IMG/VR virus record: IMGVR_UViG_3300014208_000033
Coordinates: 1 to 64,000 of that record
Direction: 5' to 3' (one strand)
Length of the DNA: 64,000 nt
DNA from: a virus
The position numbers and the translations under genes were made by a program. The notes beneath the pieces are model-generated. The model had not been told where the DNA came from. It searched no databases and saw only the letters and a list, made by a program, of their open reading frames with translations. This document shows, piece by piece, positions 8,786 to 18,574 of this stretch. Every line of letters starts with the position of its first letter. Within the stretch, counting starts at the first letter, position 1.

Positions 8786-9072
8786 GTTTTCTTCCTTGGT
8801 GCTATGTTGATAGGCGGTGGATTGTTAAACCAAATAGGGTCATTGTTACAGAACAGCCAACACAAGTCAGCCATTTTTTCTAACGGTGTACCTTCTACTA
8901 ATTTCTTGAACAGAGAAGGTTTATTCCTGATCCTCTCATCTTCTTCTGTGTGTATCCAACGGAGGTCGCAACACTCACACTTGTAGTTTATCACGTTATT
9001 ATCAGTGTGAAAATATATCGAGACATGATGCATACCACAGTTAGGGCATGAAGTTCTTCCGAACAAGCTCAC
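8782..9072 (-). CDS. Zn-ribbon hypothetical protein
   Basis: CPNC...CECC; AAGGAG RBS region. Confidence 0.6.
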   Translation of the reverse strand: MSLFGRTSCPNCGMHHVSIYFHTDNNVINYKCECCDLRWIHTEEDERIRNKPSLFKKLVEGTPLEKMADLCWLFCNNDPIWFNNPPPINIAPRKKT

Positions 9073-9413
9073 TCCTTTGCGTCAAGGATTTCCAATTCAG
9101 CGGTAGTAGGCTGATAGATACCAACAGAAACCTTATCACCACGAAGGTTCACAGGTGAAGTAGACCCGTAAGCATTAACGACATAGACGACACCGTTATG
9201 AACAATCAACTGACCACAAGAGAAACGAGTCTTAGCAACATAAGGGGTAGCTGTAGGAACAGGAGTAGAAGAAGGAGCGATCTCAGTTACAGTAGGATTG
9301 ACCTGAGTTGCAGGAGGAGTACAGAAACCAAAATAGTAAACGAGTCCACCGACGATAGGAAGGATAATGATAGCAAAGACCATTGAGAAGTTATTCTTCG
9401 TGTGACTGTGCAT
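9069..9413 (-). CDS. Membrane-anchored protein with a Pro/Thr-rich linker
   Basis: TM segment then TPPAT...STPVPTATP. Confidence 0.65.
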   Translation of the reverse strand: MHSHTKNNFSMVFAIIILPIVGGLVYYFGFCTPPATQVNPTVTEIAPSSTPVPTATPYVAKTRFSCGQLIVHNGVVYVVNAYGSTSPVNLRGDKVSVGIYQPTTAELEILDAKE

Positions 9414-9705
9414 CGTTAAACCTCTTCTTAATTTCGTCGTTAAAGAAAGTCTTACCCTTTTGTGTAACTACAAAACCCATTCCGTTATCTCCATGATAAA
9501 ACCTCTCGATGAAACCCTTACGAGCGAGAATGTAGAGTTTAGCATCGATGAGTTTAGTTGGAGCATCAGGAAACAGTCTTTGAATTTGTTCGATGTATAT
9601 GTAGTCCCTTTCATTAGTGAGTGAGAGAAGCTTTACAGTGTCGAGATCCTTAGCTTGCATTTCACCAACTCTTCTTTGCATTATCGATGATAACTCTTGA
9701 TCCAA
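9391..9705 (-). CDS. Possible winged-helix DNA-binding protein
   Basis: LYILARKGFIE...FVVTQKGK resembles a wHTH wing. Confidence 0.45.
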   Translation of the reverse strand: MDQELSSIMQRRVGEMQAKDLDTVKLLSLTNERDYIYIEQIQRLFPDAPTKLIDAKLYILARKGFIERFYHGDNGMGFVVTQKGKTFFNDEIKKRFNDAQSHEE

Positions 9706-9780
9706 AGTAACACATGCTAAGTATAGAAAAGAAAACGGCTAAACTTGTAAGCGTTGCTCTATAGCATTCACAACAATGTG

Positions 9781-10383
9781 TCATTTCTTCTCTTTCTTAT
9801 CCCATGATGCAGGATCCAGGAGTCCGGTTTTGATAACATTTTCTTTCATCCATGAATCATATTCTTTCAGAGTCGTTTTCATATTTTCTGAATTTTGAAG
9901 AAATTCCTGTTGATAAAAACTCGAAGGTCCAGTAGGAGATGAAATGTTTATGCTTCCTTTCCAAGCAGAAGCATGTCTACTGATATTCTCTTTCTTTGGT
10001 TTGTACTCAGCAGTTCTATGTCCATTGTTATCAGATGACACAATCGCTTCTGTGTTCTTGATCAAGATAGATTCACCGTCAGGAAAATCTATTACGATAT
10101 CAGAAGAAGCGGAGAAGAACTTGTTAAGTTCAAAATCTATATGACGTTGAAGCGTCTGCTCAAGATGCGGATCTCTTTTACCATCCTGATCGCTAATCCT
10201 AAGTTCAATTCGATACTTCGCTGGAGGGGTCTTGATATCGTCTAACTCTTTTTGAAGTTCCTCCGCTAATTCCTTAGGAAGTTCCTCAACCTTAGGTTCT
10301 TCTACCTCGGGTTCTTCAACTGGTTTCTCTAACCACTCTAACTTACCCTTAGGTCTAACTATAAGGTTTGGTCGTTCACGCAT
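9781..10383 (-). CDS. Hypothetical protein, 200 aa
   Basis: Long ORF, TAATG coupling. Confidence 0.7.
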   Translation of the reverse strand: MRERPNLIVRPKGKLEWLEKPVEEPEVEEPKVEELPKELAEELQKELDDIKTPPAKYRIELRISDQDGKRDPHLEQTLQRHIDFELNKFFSASSDIVIDFPDGESILIKNTEAIVSSDNNGHRTAEYKPKKENISRHASAWKGSINISSPTGPSSFYQQEFLQNSENMKTTLKEYDSWMKENVIKTGLLDPASWDKKEKK

Positions 10384-10844
10384 TAATGTATACCATACCT
10401 TGCACCGTTACCATCAATGCAGTTAACTTGCCCGTTGTTATAGTCAACGTAGAGTTGAACACCAGTAGTAGGACTGGTAGGAACACCGTAAGACCTATGG
10501 ATAGAATTTGAATACCCAAAAGATGTTTGTGGATAAGACGGTTGAAGTTTATATTCAATGATATTCTTACTAATCTTGAATATAGTTTCATTCTTGAAGT
10601 TTACCTTCAAGTAACCATCTTCTGAAGTTTCAATTTCCCAGCCGTTGCCGAGTTCTTTTTCAGTTGACTTATTCTCTAACTTAACTTCGTAGAACCATGA
10701 CTTACGTTCTGCTTGGTTCTTGTAGTTCAACAAAGTTTCAGATTGAATCTTGATTGTCAAGAACTGAGTGAAGATCATAACAACGGCAGCAATAGTTCCA
10801 AAAATCCACTTATCACCACCAGGACCATCTAAGTCAATTTTCAT
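10383..10844 (-). CDS. Membrane-anchored hypothetical protein
   Basis: GAGG RBS; N-terminal TM segment. Confidence 0.65.
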   Translation of the reverse strand: MKIDLDGPGGDKWIFGTIAAVVMIFTQFLTIKIQSETLLNYKNQAERKSWFYEVKLENKSTEKELGNGWEIETSEDGYLKVNFKNETIFKISKNIIEYKLQPSYPQTSFGYSNSIHRSYGVPTSPTTGVQLYVDYNNGQVNCIDGNGARYGIH

Positions 10845-10846
10845 GA

Positions 10847-11206
10847 CTACCTCTTAGCAATTCGCCAGTAAGAGTTATTCTCATCAACCCTGATAGGCTT
10901 ACTCTCAAGAACATAATGCTTACGAGCAACACGAATCTTATTATTAGCAGGATTTATAGTAGTTGTTTCCTTGATGATCCAACGACTGTCAGCATCAATC
11001 TCAGCAAGCATCTTTGGAGCTTCAACAATTCCATTATCATCGAGCATCACATGGAAGTTCCAACGACGACCGTTGTTACCAGTGTGATACGAATCCCAAA
11101 TAGTAGGATGCTGACGAGCGATACATTCGCACATCTGAGTGCGAGAAGTCATAGTGAAGTCAAGAGCAGAGAAATTCAGAGCAAGAGCAAGGATCATGTA
11201 ATTCAT
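10847..11206 (-). CDS. Putative exported protein
   Basis: AAGGA RBS; MNYMILALALNFSA signal-like N-terminus. Confidence 0.55.
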   Translation of the reverse strand: MNYMILALALNFSALDFTMTSRTQMCECIARQHPTIWDSYHTGNNGRRWNFHVMLDDNGIVEAPKMLAEIDADSRWIIKETTTINPANNKIRVARKHYVLESKPIRVDENNSYWRIAKR

Positions 11207-11217
11207 AGTGATTCCTT

Positions 11218-11346
11218 TCAACGATTGAAAATCTTGATGACACTACAGATAGTAAACGACACACAGGCGAACATGAAAATAGTAGCACAAATGGAAAAAA
11301 CAAACGCACAGAAAGCAAGGATCGGAGCGAAGGCTTCCTTCATCAT
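11218..11346 (-). CDS. 42-aa hydrophobic peptide
   Basis: AGGAGG RBS just downstream of a sigma70-like promoter. Confidence 0.55.
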   Translation of the reverse strand: MMKEAFAPILAFCAFVFSICATIFMFACVSFTICSVIKIFNR

Positions 11347-11363
11347 GTGTACCTCCTACATGT

Positions 11364-11392
11364 ATAATACTGTAGATCGTAGGAGGAATCAA
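11364..11392 (-). promoter_or_regulatory. sigma70-like promoter TTGATT-N17-TATTAT
   Basis: Read directly; -10 box flanked by the inverted repeat CCTCCTAC/GTAGGAGG. Confidence 0.7.
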
Positions 11393-11405
11393 ACGTTTTG
11401 ATCAA

Positions 11406-12026
11406 TTACCATTTAACCCATCGATGAAGAGTATCACCAGTATAGCCACGCTTCCACACAAACCAGTTATAGTCTTTCGTTCCACCGGCAGGCTTAGGTG
11501 TTCCATCGGGCCACAACTGAGGTCGAGTAGAACAAGAGTAGATCATGTAAGGTCTACCCCAATGATTATCCGATTTCGGAATTTTCGTAAACCCGTCGTA
11601 CCTGTACTGAGCACACTGGTATCCAAGCGGGAGAAAGAAGCAAATGTACTTAGTAGAAAACTTCTTTGACTTCGCAAGAAAAAGGTCTGCTCCTTTTTCC
11701 TTGTAGGGTGGGTTGGTGATCACAACTCCGAAACGCTTTGTGACTTTCTCAGGGTCAAGCTTGAGAAAATCAATCCCACCCTTACCATTCTCCCAAATGT
11801 TATCAGTTCGTATGTCAACACCGTAGACGTTCTTGTAACCAAGCTTAACCAGAACCTTTGCGAGTCTACCAGATCCGCAGGCGGGCTCAAGTATTTCTGT
11901 AGAGGCTCTTATCTCTTCTGAAGCGAAGAAGGATCTTACAAAAGCCTCAGTACAATCCTCTGGTGTTGAGTATACGTCATGACCAGTGAAAATCTTACGA
12001 CGTACAATTTCATTACCGTTACGCAT
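11406..12026 (-). CDS. N6-adenine DNA methyltransferase (small phage type)
   Basis: YSTP, EPACGSG (motif I), TNPPY (motif IV). Confidence 0.85.
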   Translation of the reverse strand: MRNGNEIVRRKIFTGHDVYSTPEDCTEAFVRSFFASEEIRASTEILEPACGSGRLAKVLVKLGYKNVYGVDIRTDNIWENGKGGIDFLKLDPEKVTKRFGVVITNPPYKEKGADLFLAKSKKFSTKYICFFLPLGYQCAQYRYDGFTKIPKSDNHWGRPYMIYSCSTRPQLWPDGTPKPAGGTKDYNWFVWKRGYTGDTLHRWVKW

Positions 12027-12241
12027 TAGTCCAGCTTAAGGAACATCTTGTAGATGTGATCGTTCAGCAATGAGAAAGCGTATATGTACTTCGGATGGTC
12101 GTCCATCAACTGATTATCTGGATCTAAATCCAAGATCCACTTGGGCTCTTTATGATCCTTGAAGTGACCATTTTCCTTATAGAACAGCATGTCTTTCAGA
12201 GCAGATTTGAGATCAGGAAGGCTTGGTGATTTTGCATTCAT
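12026..12241 (-). CDS. Hypothetical protein
   Basis: AAGGAG RBS before MNAKS. Confidence 0.55.
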   Translation of the reverse strand: MNAKSPSLPDLKSALKDMLFYKENGHFKDHKEPKWILDLDPDNQLMDDHPKYIYAFSLLNDHIYKMFLKLD

Positions 12242-12428
12242 AGGACTCCTTAGCGCAATGTTCGCAGTAAAACTTAGAAGGTGCTCCAGGCTCATTACTG
12301 TTGATCTGAACCCAACCCTCTTTCTTTATCCTGGTGAGAAATCTTTCAAGCTGTCTCGAATGTAGGCAATATTCAATGTCAGCTTCTACATCACCGCAAG
12401 AGAAGCAGCTAACACAATACTTGATCAT
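12213..12428 (-). CDS. Zn-binding small protein
   Basis: CFSC...CEHC. Confidence 0.6.
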   Translation of the reverse strand: MIKYCVSCFSCGDVEADIEYCLHSRQLERFLTRIKKEGWVQINSNEPGAPSKFYCEHCAKESYECKITKPS

Positions 12429-12970
12429 TCATCGGCCCCGATCATTATTGCAAACTCTTGGCATTCCTTGCAACGCTCGTCCTTCGGAGGAGATTCAGAA
12501 AATTCGTAATCTTCCACTCCGATGTAATACTTCCCGCAGGCAGAGTTACCCTTGACGAACAAGTGGAACCTCGACCTTTGCGATGGCATGATCCACCCGC
12601 TACCTTTTTCACCAAAGATATCGTTGTTGATCATGTCTGAGCTAGTTGATACGTTCAGAAGGAACTCACTGATGATCTCAGTGTAGATTCTCTTGAACGT
12701 TTTATTGTGCCTATGAGTCAGACCATCAGCAACATGAGCAAGCTCATGCGCGAGAGTATCAAGCTGAGTGAACAAAGGTAAAGTAGTGTCAATAGACACT
12801 ATGTAATAGTCTAAGTTTGGGAACTTGACAGTATAACCATATACACCTAATTTCTTTTTCAGATTGTCGTTATAAACTACCTTCACGTTTCGGTTCTTTA
12901 AGTTGTGCTTCTTTTCGTACTTGTAGTACGCATCACAGACTGTCTTATAGGGATCGAATATGTTGATCAT
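12425..12970 (-). CDS. HExxH zinc metallopeptidase-like protein (SprT/ImmA-like)
   Basis: DTLAHELAH...H..F motif. Confidence 0.7.
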   Translation of the reverse strand: MINIFDPYKTVCDAYYKYEKKHNLKNRNVKVVYNDNLKKKLGVYGYTVKFPNLDYYIVSIDTTLPLFTQLDTLAHELAHVADGLTHRHNKTFKRIYTEIISEFLLNVSTSSDMINNDIFGEKGSGWIMPSQRSRFHLFVKGNSACGKYYIGVEDYEFSESPPKDERCKECQEFAIMIGADE

Positions 12971-13143
12971 GTTCGATAGAATCTGCTGAACTTCAGCATA
13001 TCGAACTTGAAGGTTCCTGGAATCTTCACCATGTTACCAGTACACTTCTCACAAGGATGAATCTTATCATTAGAGTCCTTGCAAGACTCAAGAAAATCTG
13101 TCTTGAATCCACACTTAGGACACTCGAATACATAAACTGGCAT
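12967..13143 (-). CDS. FmdB-family zinc-ribbon protein, 58 aa
   Basis: MPVYVFECPKCG...CEKC..NMVKI; not in the ORF track. Confidence 0.75.
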   Translation of the reverse strand: MPVYVFECPKCGFKTDFLESCKDSNDKIHPCEKCTGNMVKIPGTFKFDMLKFSRFYRT

Positions 13144-13484
13144 TAGATTATCCCCATCCTTCCTTGCTTACGTTCATTCCTAGCATACTTGGTCCACTTG
13201 ATCATGAACTTAAGCATGTTATCAATATGCTTGTGATCGATAGGAAAATAGAACATGAACTGCACGCAAGGTATCGAGTTGTAACAGTGCATCTTACTGT
13301 TCCAGATTACTTTAGCTGTGAGGGTGCAGATACCTTTCTCTGCACCCCACATCGTACAAACGATTATCCTCTTGTTACCAAGATCCATGTGAGCCATGGT
13401 AACATCATCTTTGTTTACTTTCCTACCTAGCTCAAAGTGTCTGCTCTTAAGGTATTTCTTGAATATATCCTTAGTGATTATCAT
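13143..13484 (-). CDS. Hypothetical protein, paralog of the next gene
   Basis: Shares LK.R.FE...AK..WN.K...Y.S.P..QF.FY.PI.H.H.D..LK.MIKWTK.A. Confidence 0.75.
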   Translation of the reverse strand: MIITKDIFKKYLKSRHFELGRKVNKDDVTMAHMDLGNKRIIVCTMWGAEKGICTLTAKVIWNSKMHCYNSIPCVQFMFYFPIDHKHIDNMLKFMIKWTKYARNERKQGRMGII

Positions 13485-13493
13485 GTATCTCTT

Positions 13494-13832
13494 TCACAGC
13501 GTAAGACGTTTGTTCTTGTATTCCTCAAATGCAAACTTCGTCCACTTGATCATCATCTTGAGAATCTTGTCAACATGACTATGCTCAATTGGAAGATAGA
13601 AGTAGAACTGAATCATCGGAACTGAGTGATAGAACAAAGTCTTATCATTCCACTTCATCTTTGCTTCGAGTACAATCATGTTTTTGTAGTGACTAACGTC
13701 ACCGACCATCCCAAAGCCTATAACTCTGTTCTTTGAAAGCTTCAATTCAGCTTTGAGAGCGTTCTCTTCGTTCGTTATCTCAAACTTACGAGCTTTAAGC
13801 CATTTCCTTATGTTACTCCTGTCGAGGAGCAT
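13494..13832 (-). CDS. Hypothetical protein, paralog of the previous gene
   Basis: As above; probable start MLLDRS. Confidence 0.75.
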   Translation of the reverse strand: MLLDRSNIRKWLKARKFEITNEENALKAELKLSKNRVIGFGMVGDVSHYKNMIVLEAKMKWNDKTLFYHSVPMIQFYFYLPIEHSHVDKILKMMIKWTKFAFEEYKNKRLTL

Positions 13833-14382
13833 ATTCACGCCTTCCAAACGTGATAACGTAGAACCGATCATCAAAGTGCTTCTCAAGCATAGGCTTCACA
13901 GCAGCCCAGTCAAGCTCGCCATTACCGCAACCGGGGCGAACAGTAACAACCCTCTGCCATCCCATGCGATCAGTAAGCTTACGAATTCGGCTAGCACTAC
14001 GATCAATCAGATCAAAGTCAGCCTTGCACGCCCAACCTGGAACAAATCGACCATCATTAGCAAACTTGCTCTTGTACTTCTCCATGACGAGATGATCGAC
14101 TTCCTTGCAATACTTCACAAGGATAGGCTTCACCGGAAAAGTAACAACCGCGTAACGCTGATCGATGGTGAGGACAATAGGAGAGTTTCCGAAATTTCGG
14201 ATTTGTGCTCCAAGCAAACGAGGGAAATACGGCCACTTGTCAGCAGCAGCCTTAGCGCACCCGCGTCCCATCACAGCACAACCATCCTTGCGAACATATC
14301 CGTTGGTAGTAATGCAGATAGCGTCGAAATTACCAAGACCAAGCTGCTCCGGCTCGAAAAGATTACCATTGACTTCACGCAT
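13813..14382 (-). CDS. Macro-domain (ADP-ribose binding/hydrolase) protein
   Basis: GNLF...ITTNG...VMGRGCA...TFPVK...PGCGNGELDW..VK. Confidence 0.85.
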   Translation of the reverse strand: MREVNGNLFEPEQLGLGNFDAICITTNGYVRKDGCAVMGRGCAKAAADKWPYFPRLLGAQIRNFGNSPIVLTIDQRYAVVTFPVKPILVKYCKEVDHLVMEKYKSKFANDGRFVPGWACKADFDLIDRSASRIRKLTDRMGWQRVVTVRPGCGNGELDWAAVKPMLEKHFDDRFYVITFGRREYAPRQE

Positions 14383-14395
14383 TGTAGTCCCTTTC

Positions 14396-15226
14396 TCAGT
14401 AGTTGATAACGCACATCTCGTATGATTTATGTGCGTTACTTCCGTCCATTCGTAGATAGCGTTTAACCTTGATCCTAAAGATGCGGTTTCTAGGATCTTT
14501 CTTGTAGAGATTGAATGTCTCTTTCAAGTAGTTGTTAAACGCCATAACCATAACCCCTCTATCAGCTAGAGCACTCATCGTCTTTGCTAGTTTTTCTTGC
14601 TCATCAACTCCAAACCCGTCTCCGGTGTATGATGTGAAGTTTGCCGTGTTAGAGATCGGATAGTAAGGAGGATCAAGAACAACGAAGTCACCAGTCTTAG
14701 CAGTTTCAATTGCTAAGGACCAATCAACGCAAGAGATTTTGGTTCGGTTGAGCATGTGGTGGAGATCCATTATCGTCTCAAGCGTCGGAATCTTCCTATC
14801 CTCATGACCCTTTGCGTGGATTGGGGTGTTGAACCTACCGGATTTGTTGTAGCGGATTAATCCGTTGAAGCACTTAGAAGAGAGGTAGAGAAAGAGAGCA
14901 GATTGCATGATAGGATGGCAAGAGTGTTCGTTGAACCTGTCTCTAACACTATAATACAGTTCCTTGCTGTTAAGTACAGCAATTTTTCTTAATGAATTGA
15001 AAACTTCCTCTGGATACCATTTGATTTGTTCGTAACAGTTGATTAGATCAGAGTTCTTATCGTTGATGAACCAAGTGCGTTTATAGGATATATCTTTAAG
15101 GTAAAGAAATATAGCTCCACCACCTATGAATGGTTCATAGTAGTTCTTGAAGTCCGTTGGAAAGAGATGCTCAATCTTAGGGATTAAGCGTCTCTTACCT
15201 CCAACCCATTTGAGAAGTGGCTTCAT
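14396..15226 (-). CDS. dam: Dam-family DNA adenine methyltransferase
   Basis: LKWVGGK, YYEPFIGGG, FNGLIRYN, DPPY. Confidence 0.92.
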   Translation of the reverse strand: MKPLLKWVGGKRRLIPKIEHLFPTDFKNYYEPFIGGGAIFLYLKDISYKRTWFINDKNSDLINCYEQIKWYPEEVFNSLRKIAVLNSKELYYSVRDRFNEHSCHPIMQSALFLYLSSKCFNGLIRYNKSGRFNTPIHAKGHEDRKIPTLETIMDLHHMLNRTKISCVDWSLAIETAKTGDFVVLDPPYYPISNTANFTSYTGDGFGVDEQEKLAKTMSALADRGVMVMAFNNYLKETFNLYKKDPRNRIFRIKVKRYLRMDGSNAHKSYEMCVINY

Positions 15227-15408
15227 AATGGTTTTTTCAAATCTTCGTTCATCGGTGGGGTGATATCAATCTTGACTTCATTCAAGAACTTTCTAAATTT
15301 CACATCAATGTCTGAGTAAATAGCACCCCAATGATTGATGCATACATCACAGTCACCGAAAACTTTGATGTGATTCTGTAGTATATCTATAAGTTCACTA
15401 GATTTCAT
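15223..15408 (-). CDS. Hypothetical protein
   Basis: MKxSELIxxLQ...GD.DV is a common small phage ORF pattern. Confidence 0.6.
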   Translation of the reverse strand: MKSSELIDILQNHIKVFGDCDVCINHWGAIYSDIDVKFRKFLNEVKIDITPPMNEDLKKPL

Positions 15409-15853
15409 TCATTTTCTGCTTTCTCTTCTTCTCGATCATGTGTTTGAACTCTAACCAACCAGATAATGACTTGTCTCTGAGCTTCTGTTCTGATCCTTCT
15501 TCGTGTTTTCCGAAATTTCGTAACCAGTTGAGGTACTCTTCAAGCTTTGAGACTTCCTTGATGTGAATCCTAGAGAATTTCTCACCGATAGGGCTCCAGA
15601 AGAAGTTCATAAGGAAGATTGAGAAGTCTACGTTGCCTTGATGAAGCCTATCTATGAACAAAGTCTTGATTTTACGCCAAGACTTCTTCAAATCTGGTAA
15701 AGATATGTCAATTTTCTTCTTTTTGCACTTCTCTTTGACTAAAAACAGCATTTCTTTCTCAGTAGAGGAGAATTTGTTGATGTTTTTAGGCTGTAAGAAG
15801 TCCATTCTCTTCTCTTTAATGCGTCTTAACCACTGTAATTCGCGTTTTGTCAT
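15398..15853 (-). CDS. Hypothetical protein
   Basis: ATGA overlap. Confidence 0.65.
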   Translation of the reverse strand: MTKRELQWLRRIKEKRMDFLQPKNINKFSSTEKEMLFLVKEKCKKKKIDISLPDLKKSWRKIKTLFIDRLHQGNVDFSIFLMNFFWSPIGEKFSRIHIKEVSKLEEYLNWLRNFGKHEEGSEQKLRDKSLSGWLEFKHMIEKKRKQKMNEI

Positions 15854-16665
15854 ACTTTACCAACCAAAGTATGCTCAACACAGACTACATTATGGCCTTT
15901 TCTAATCAATAAAGTCTTGAAAAATGACGGTTTTAGCTCTCTTTCTATGTATCCAACAGGCTTAAACTTAGCAGAAATCATCATATTTGCTATGTTTTGG
16001 ACGAGCCCGACCTGCTTTCCCTTCCTAACATAGTCCTGTAAAATGATACAAATATGACCATTTTTGACTAAAGAAGCTCTACAGTTGTTCAAAATAGCTT
16101 CCATAAGAGGGTAAAAATGGTCTAAATTCTTCTGTTTTGCTAGGTCATAAGGGTTAGAAACACCGTAATCTTGACAAGAATAGAGGCTTTTCTCCATTGT
16201 GATAGAGGTTTGCTTCTTAGATGTACCAGTTGAGTGGTTCTGAAGCCCGTAAGGTGGAGAAAATAGGACTAAGTTAACTTCTTCTGAATAGTTCTTCTTC
16301 TTACAAGCATTACCAAGATAGACATTGCTTCTAGGGAAGTAATTAAGCTTGTGAGTGATGAAATCTATGCAAGTCTGAGTAAGAAGAACGTTCTTACTAT
16401 GAATATCGAACCCTCTGAAGAGTCTCTTGAGTTTGATCGCCTCAACTGCCGTAGTCCCTGATCCGCACATAGGGTCCAGGACGACTTGACCCTCCTCGGA
16501 GAACTCTTTAATAAGGAAGGAAGCCAGCTTCGTGGAGTTCTTGCTTGGGAAAAACTTGATCTTCTCTAACGGGTAGTCGTTCTTACGATCACCAACTGTA
16601 GAGACTGTGTAATAGACATTACACAACTTCTTAAATCCATCTACCTCGAATGTGTTAATCTTCAT
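15850..16665 (-). CDS. Amino (N4-C/N6-A) DNA methyltransferase
   Basis: VLDPMCGSGTT followed by FSPPY. Confidence 0.85.
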   Translation of the reverse strand: MKINTFEVDGFKKLCNVYYTVSTVGDRKNDYPLEKIKFFPSKNSTKLASFLIKEFSEEGQVVLDPMCGSGTTAVEAIKLKRLFRGFDIHSKNVLLTQTCIDFITHKLNYFPRSNVYLGNACKKKNYSEEVNLVLFSPPYGLQNHSTGTSKKQTSITMEKSLYSCQDYGVSNPYDLAKQKNLDHFYPLMEAILNNCRASLVKNGHICIILQDYVRKGKQVGLVQNIANMMISAKFKPVGYIERELKPSFFKTLLIRKGHNVVCVEHTLVGKV

Positions 16666-17050
16666 CTATCTCGTCCTCGACTTGCTTGATTTTCTTCTCA
16701 AGCTTCTTAGGTGGATTAAGATCGATCAGTCTAATCTTATTTCCTGTAGTTAGAAGTTTAGCAGTAACTTCCTTGATGATCTTGTAGAGCTTCTTCATAT
16801 TACTAAATCTAACATCATCTTCATCATGTCTCATATCCTTAGATATTATGATAGCACAATCGAAAGCTTCTCGTAATGCAGATCCGATAGAAGGATGCCA
16901 AGTAATTCTAGTTGATCCCTTGGTAATAGGATTACCATTCTTGTCATTCTTACGACCCTTAGACACCATACTTCTAGGATAAGTAACCTCAAGAGCAAAC
17001 GAGTTAGTGTCAGAGTACAGAAGGATACCAGGATACACTTCAATTGCCAT
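16655..17050 (-). CDS. Hypothetical protein
   Basis: Start MAIEVY with a GAAAGG RBS; the longer track ORF overlaps the terminase. Confidence 0.65.
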   Translation of the reverse strand: MAIEVYPGILLYSDTNSFALEVTYPRSMVSKGRKNDKNGNPITKGSTRITWHPSIGSALREAFDCAIIISKDMRHDEDDVRFSNMKKLYKIIKEVTAKLLTTGNKIRLIDLNPPKKLEKKIKQVEDEIDED

Positions 17051-17139
17051 ATACACCAGCCTTTCTACATATATAATACTACTCTTTTCAAATGCAGTAA
17101 ACACTATTAAGGTGTACTGATGGTTTAAGTATGAGCCTC

Positions 17140-17151
17140 CTATTATATAAG
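17140..17151 (+). promoter_or_regulatory. Putative late promoter box CTATTATATAA
   Basis: The same motif precedes the protease (21550) and tail tube (27053) genes. Confidence 0.6.
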
Positions 17152-17173
17152 TAGATGAAAACGGGGTGTTCTC

Positions 17174-18574
17174 ATGTCCAAAGTTTTGGAGTCTTTGGTT
17201 CCTGATGTTGTAAAGTACAAGTACGACATTTTCAAACAGTTCGGTTATGTCCCTCATCGTGGGCAAGATAAAGTGCATCGCTCAATGGCTCGTTACAGAT
17301 TTTGGGCGGCTGCTGCCCGCGTTGGTAAGACATACATGGCCGCGAACGAAGCACTTCCCTACATTATAGATCCTAGAGGTAACATCATATGGATCGTTGC
17401 CCCTACTTATGCTCTTACTGAAAAGATATTCAGAGTCATCTGGCATATCTTATGTGAACAGTATCCTTTTCCGGTTACTAGAAAGTCATGGAGAGAGAAG
17501 TTTATCTTTCTAGCTAATGGAACACAGATATATGGTAAATCTTGTGAGAAGCCTCAAGGTTTACTAGGTGAAGGTGTTAACTTCATGATCTGTGATGAGA
17601 TGAGTCGAATTTCAGAAGAAGTATTCGACCAGTATCTCAGACAGAGACTTATTACCTTCAGTGGAGACTTTCTTGGAATCTCCACCCCTTGCGGTAGAGG
17701 TAATCTTTTCCATAAGCAATGGTTGCATGGCAAGTCTGGTGATCCGAGATATGCTAACTATGAATCTTTCCATTCTACTCTCTACGATAATCCACTTGTT
17801 CCTAGAGATGAAATCAGAGAACTTCGCAATACGTTAGGTGTTACATCACCTGCATCGTATAAGCAAGAAATTCTCGGAATGTTCATATCTACTGGAGGTT
17901 CAGTCTTTCCTAACTGGCATCCAGAAGTGTTCGTGCAAGATGTTCCAGCAATTGAAGGAAAAAATGTAGAGGCTACTATAGACTTTGGTGTTAGAAATCC
18001 ATTCTCTTGTTTGTTCCTTCAGAAGTCTGGTCGGCAGGTTAGATTTTTCAAGGAACTTTACCGTCCAGGTTACAGTACGTTAGATAACGCTAAGTTCATT
18101 AAGCCGTACTTTGAGAAGTATAACGTCAAGCGTTGTGTGTGTGACCCCGAAGAGTTGGATCAGAGACTCATACTTAAACAACTTTTGCCAGGGTGTACGT
18201 TTGTTCCTGGAATAAACGACATTAGTGCAGGTCTTGAAGTTCTTCGTGACCACATGACAGTTGATCCTCTTAATAATGAACCTTTGTTGCTGATTGATAG
18301 AAGCATGAAAAACACCACATTTGAATTTGAGGTTGCTAAGTATCCGAAGGGTGAAAATGAAATACCCATCGATGCTAACAACCATAGCATTGCAGCTATG
18401 AGGTATTACATGATGAAATACTGCAATGATCTTAAGCGTGTGAATAAGAACGCTTATTACTCAGGTGGCGAACGACTTACTGGTTTAGATGATGGTGATT
18501 CGGATCATTCAATAATAGACGTTTACAATAAAGATCAAGAACTTTGGATGGGAGACAACGGGAATGAAGGCTAA
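17174..18574 (+). CDS. terL: Terminase large subunit
   Basis: AAARVGKT Walker A, IVAPTY, ICDE Walker B, STPCG, IDFG nuclease motif, DANNH. Confidence 0.95.
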   Translation: MSKVLESLVPDVVKYKYDIFKQFGYVPHRGQDKVHRSMARYRFWAAAARVGKTYMAANEALPYIIDPRGNIIWIVAPTYALTEKIFRVIWHILCEQYPFPVTRKSWREKFIFLANGTQIYGKSCEKPQGLLGEGVNFMICDEMSRISEEVFDQYLRQRLITFSGDFLGISTPCGRGNLFHKQWLHGKSGDPRYANYESFHSTLYDNPLVPRDEIRELRNTLGVTSPASYKQEILGMFISTGGSVFPNWHPEVFVQDVPAIEGKNVEATIDFGVRNPFSCLFLQKSGRQVRFFKELYRPGYSTLDNAKFIKPYFEKYNVKRCVCDPEELDQRLILKQLLPGCTFVPGINDISAGLEVLRDHMTVDPLNNEPLLLIDRSMKNTTFEFEVAKYPKGENEIPIDANNHSIAAMRYYMMKYCNDLKRVNKNAYYSGGERLTGLDDGDSDHSIIDVYNKDQELWMGDNGNEG

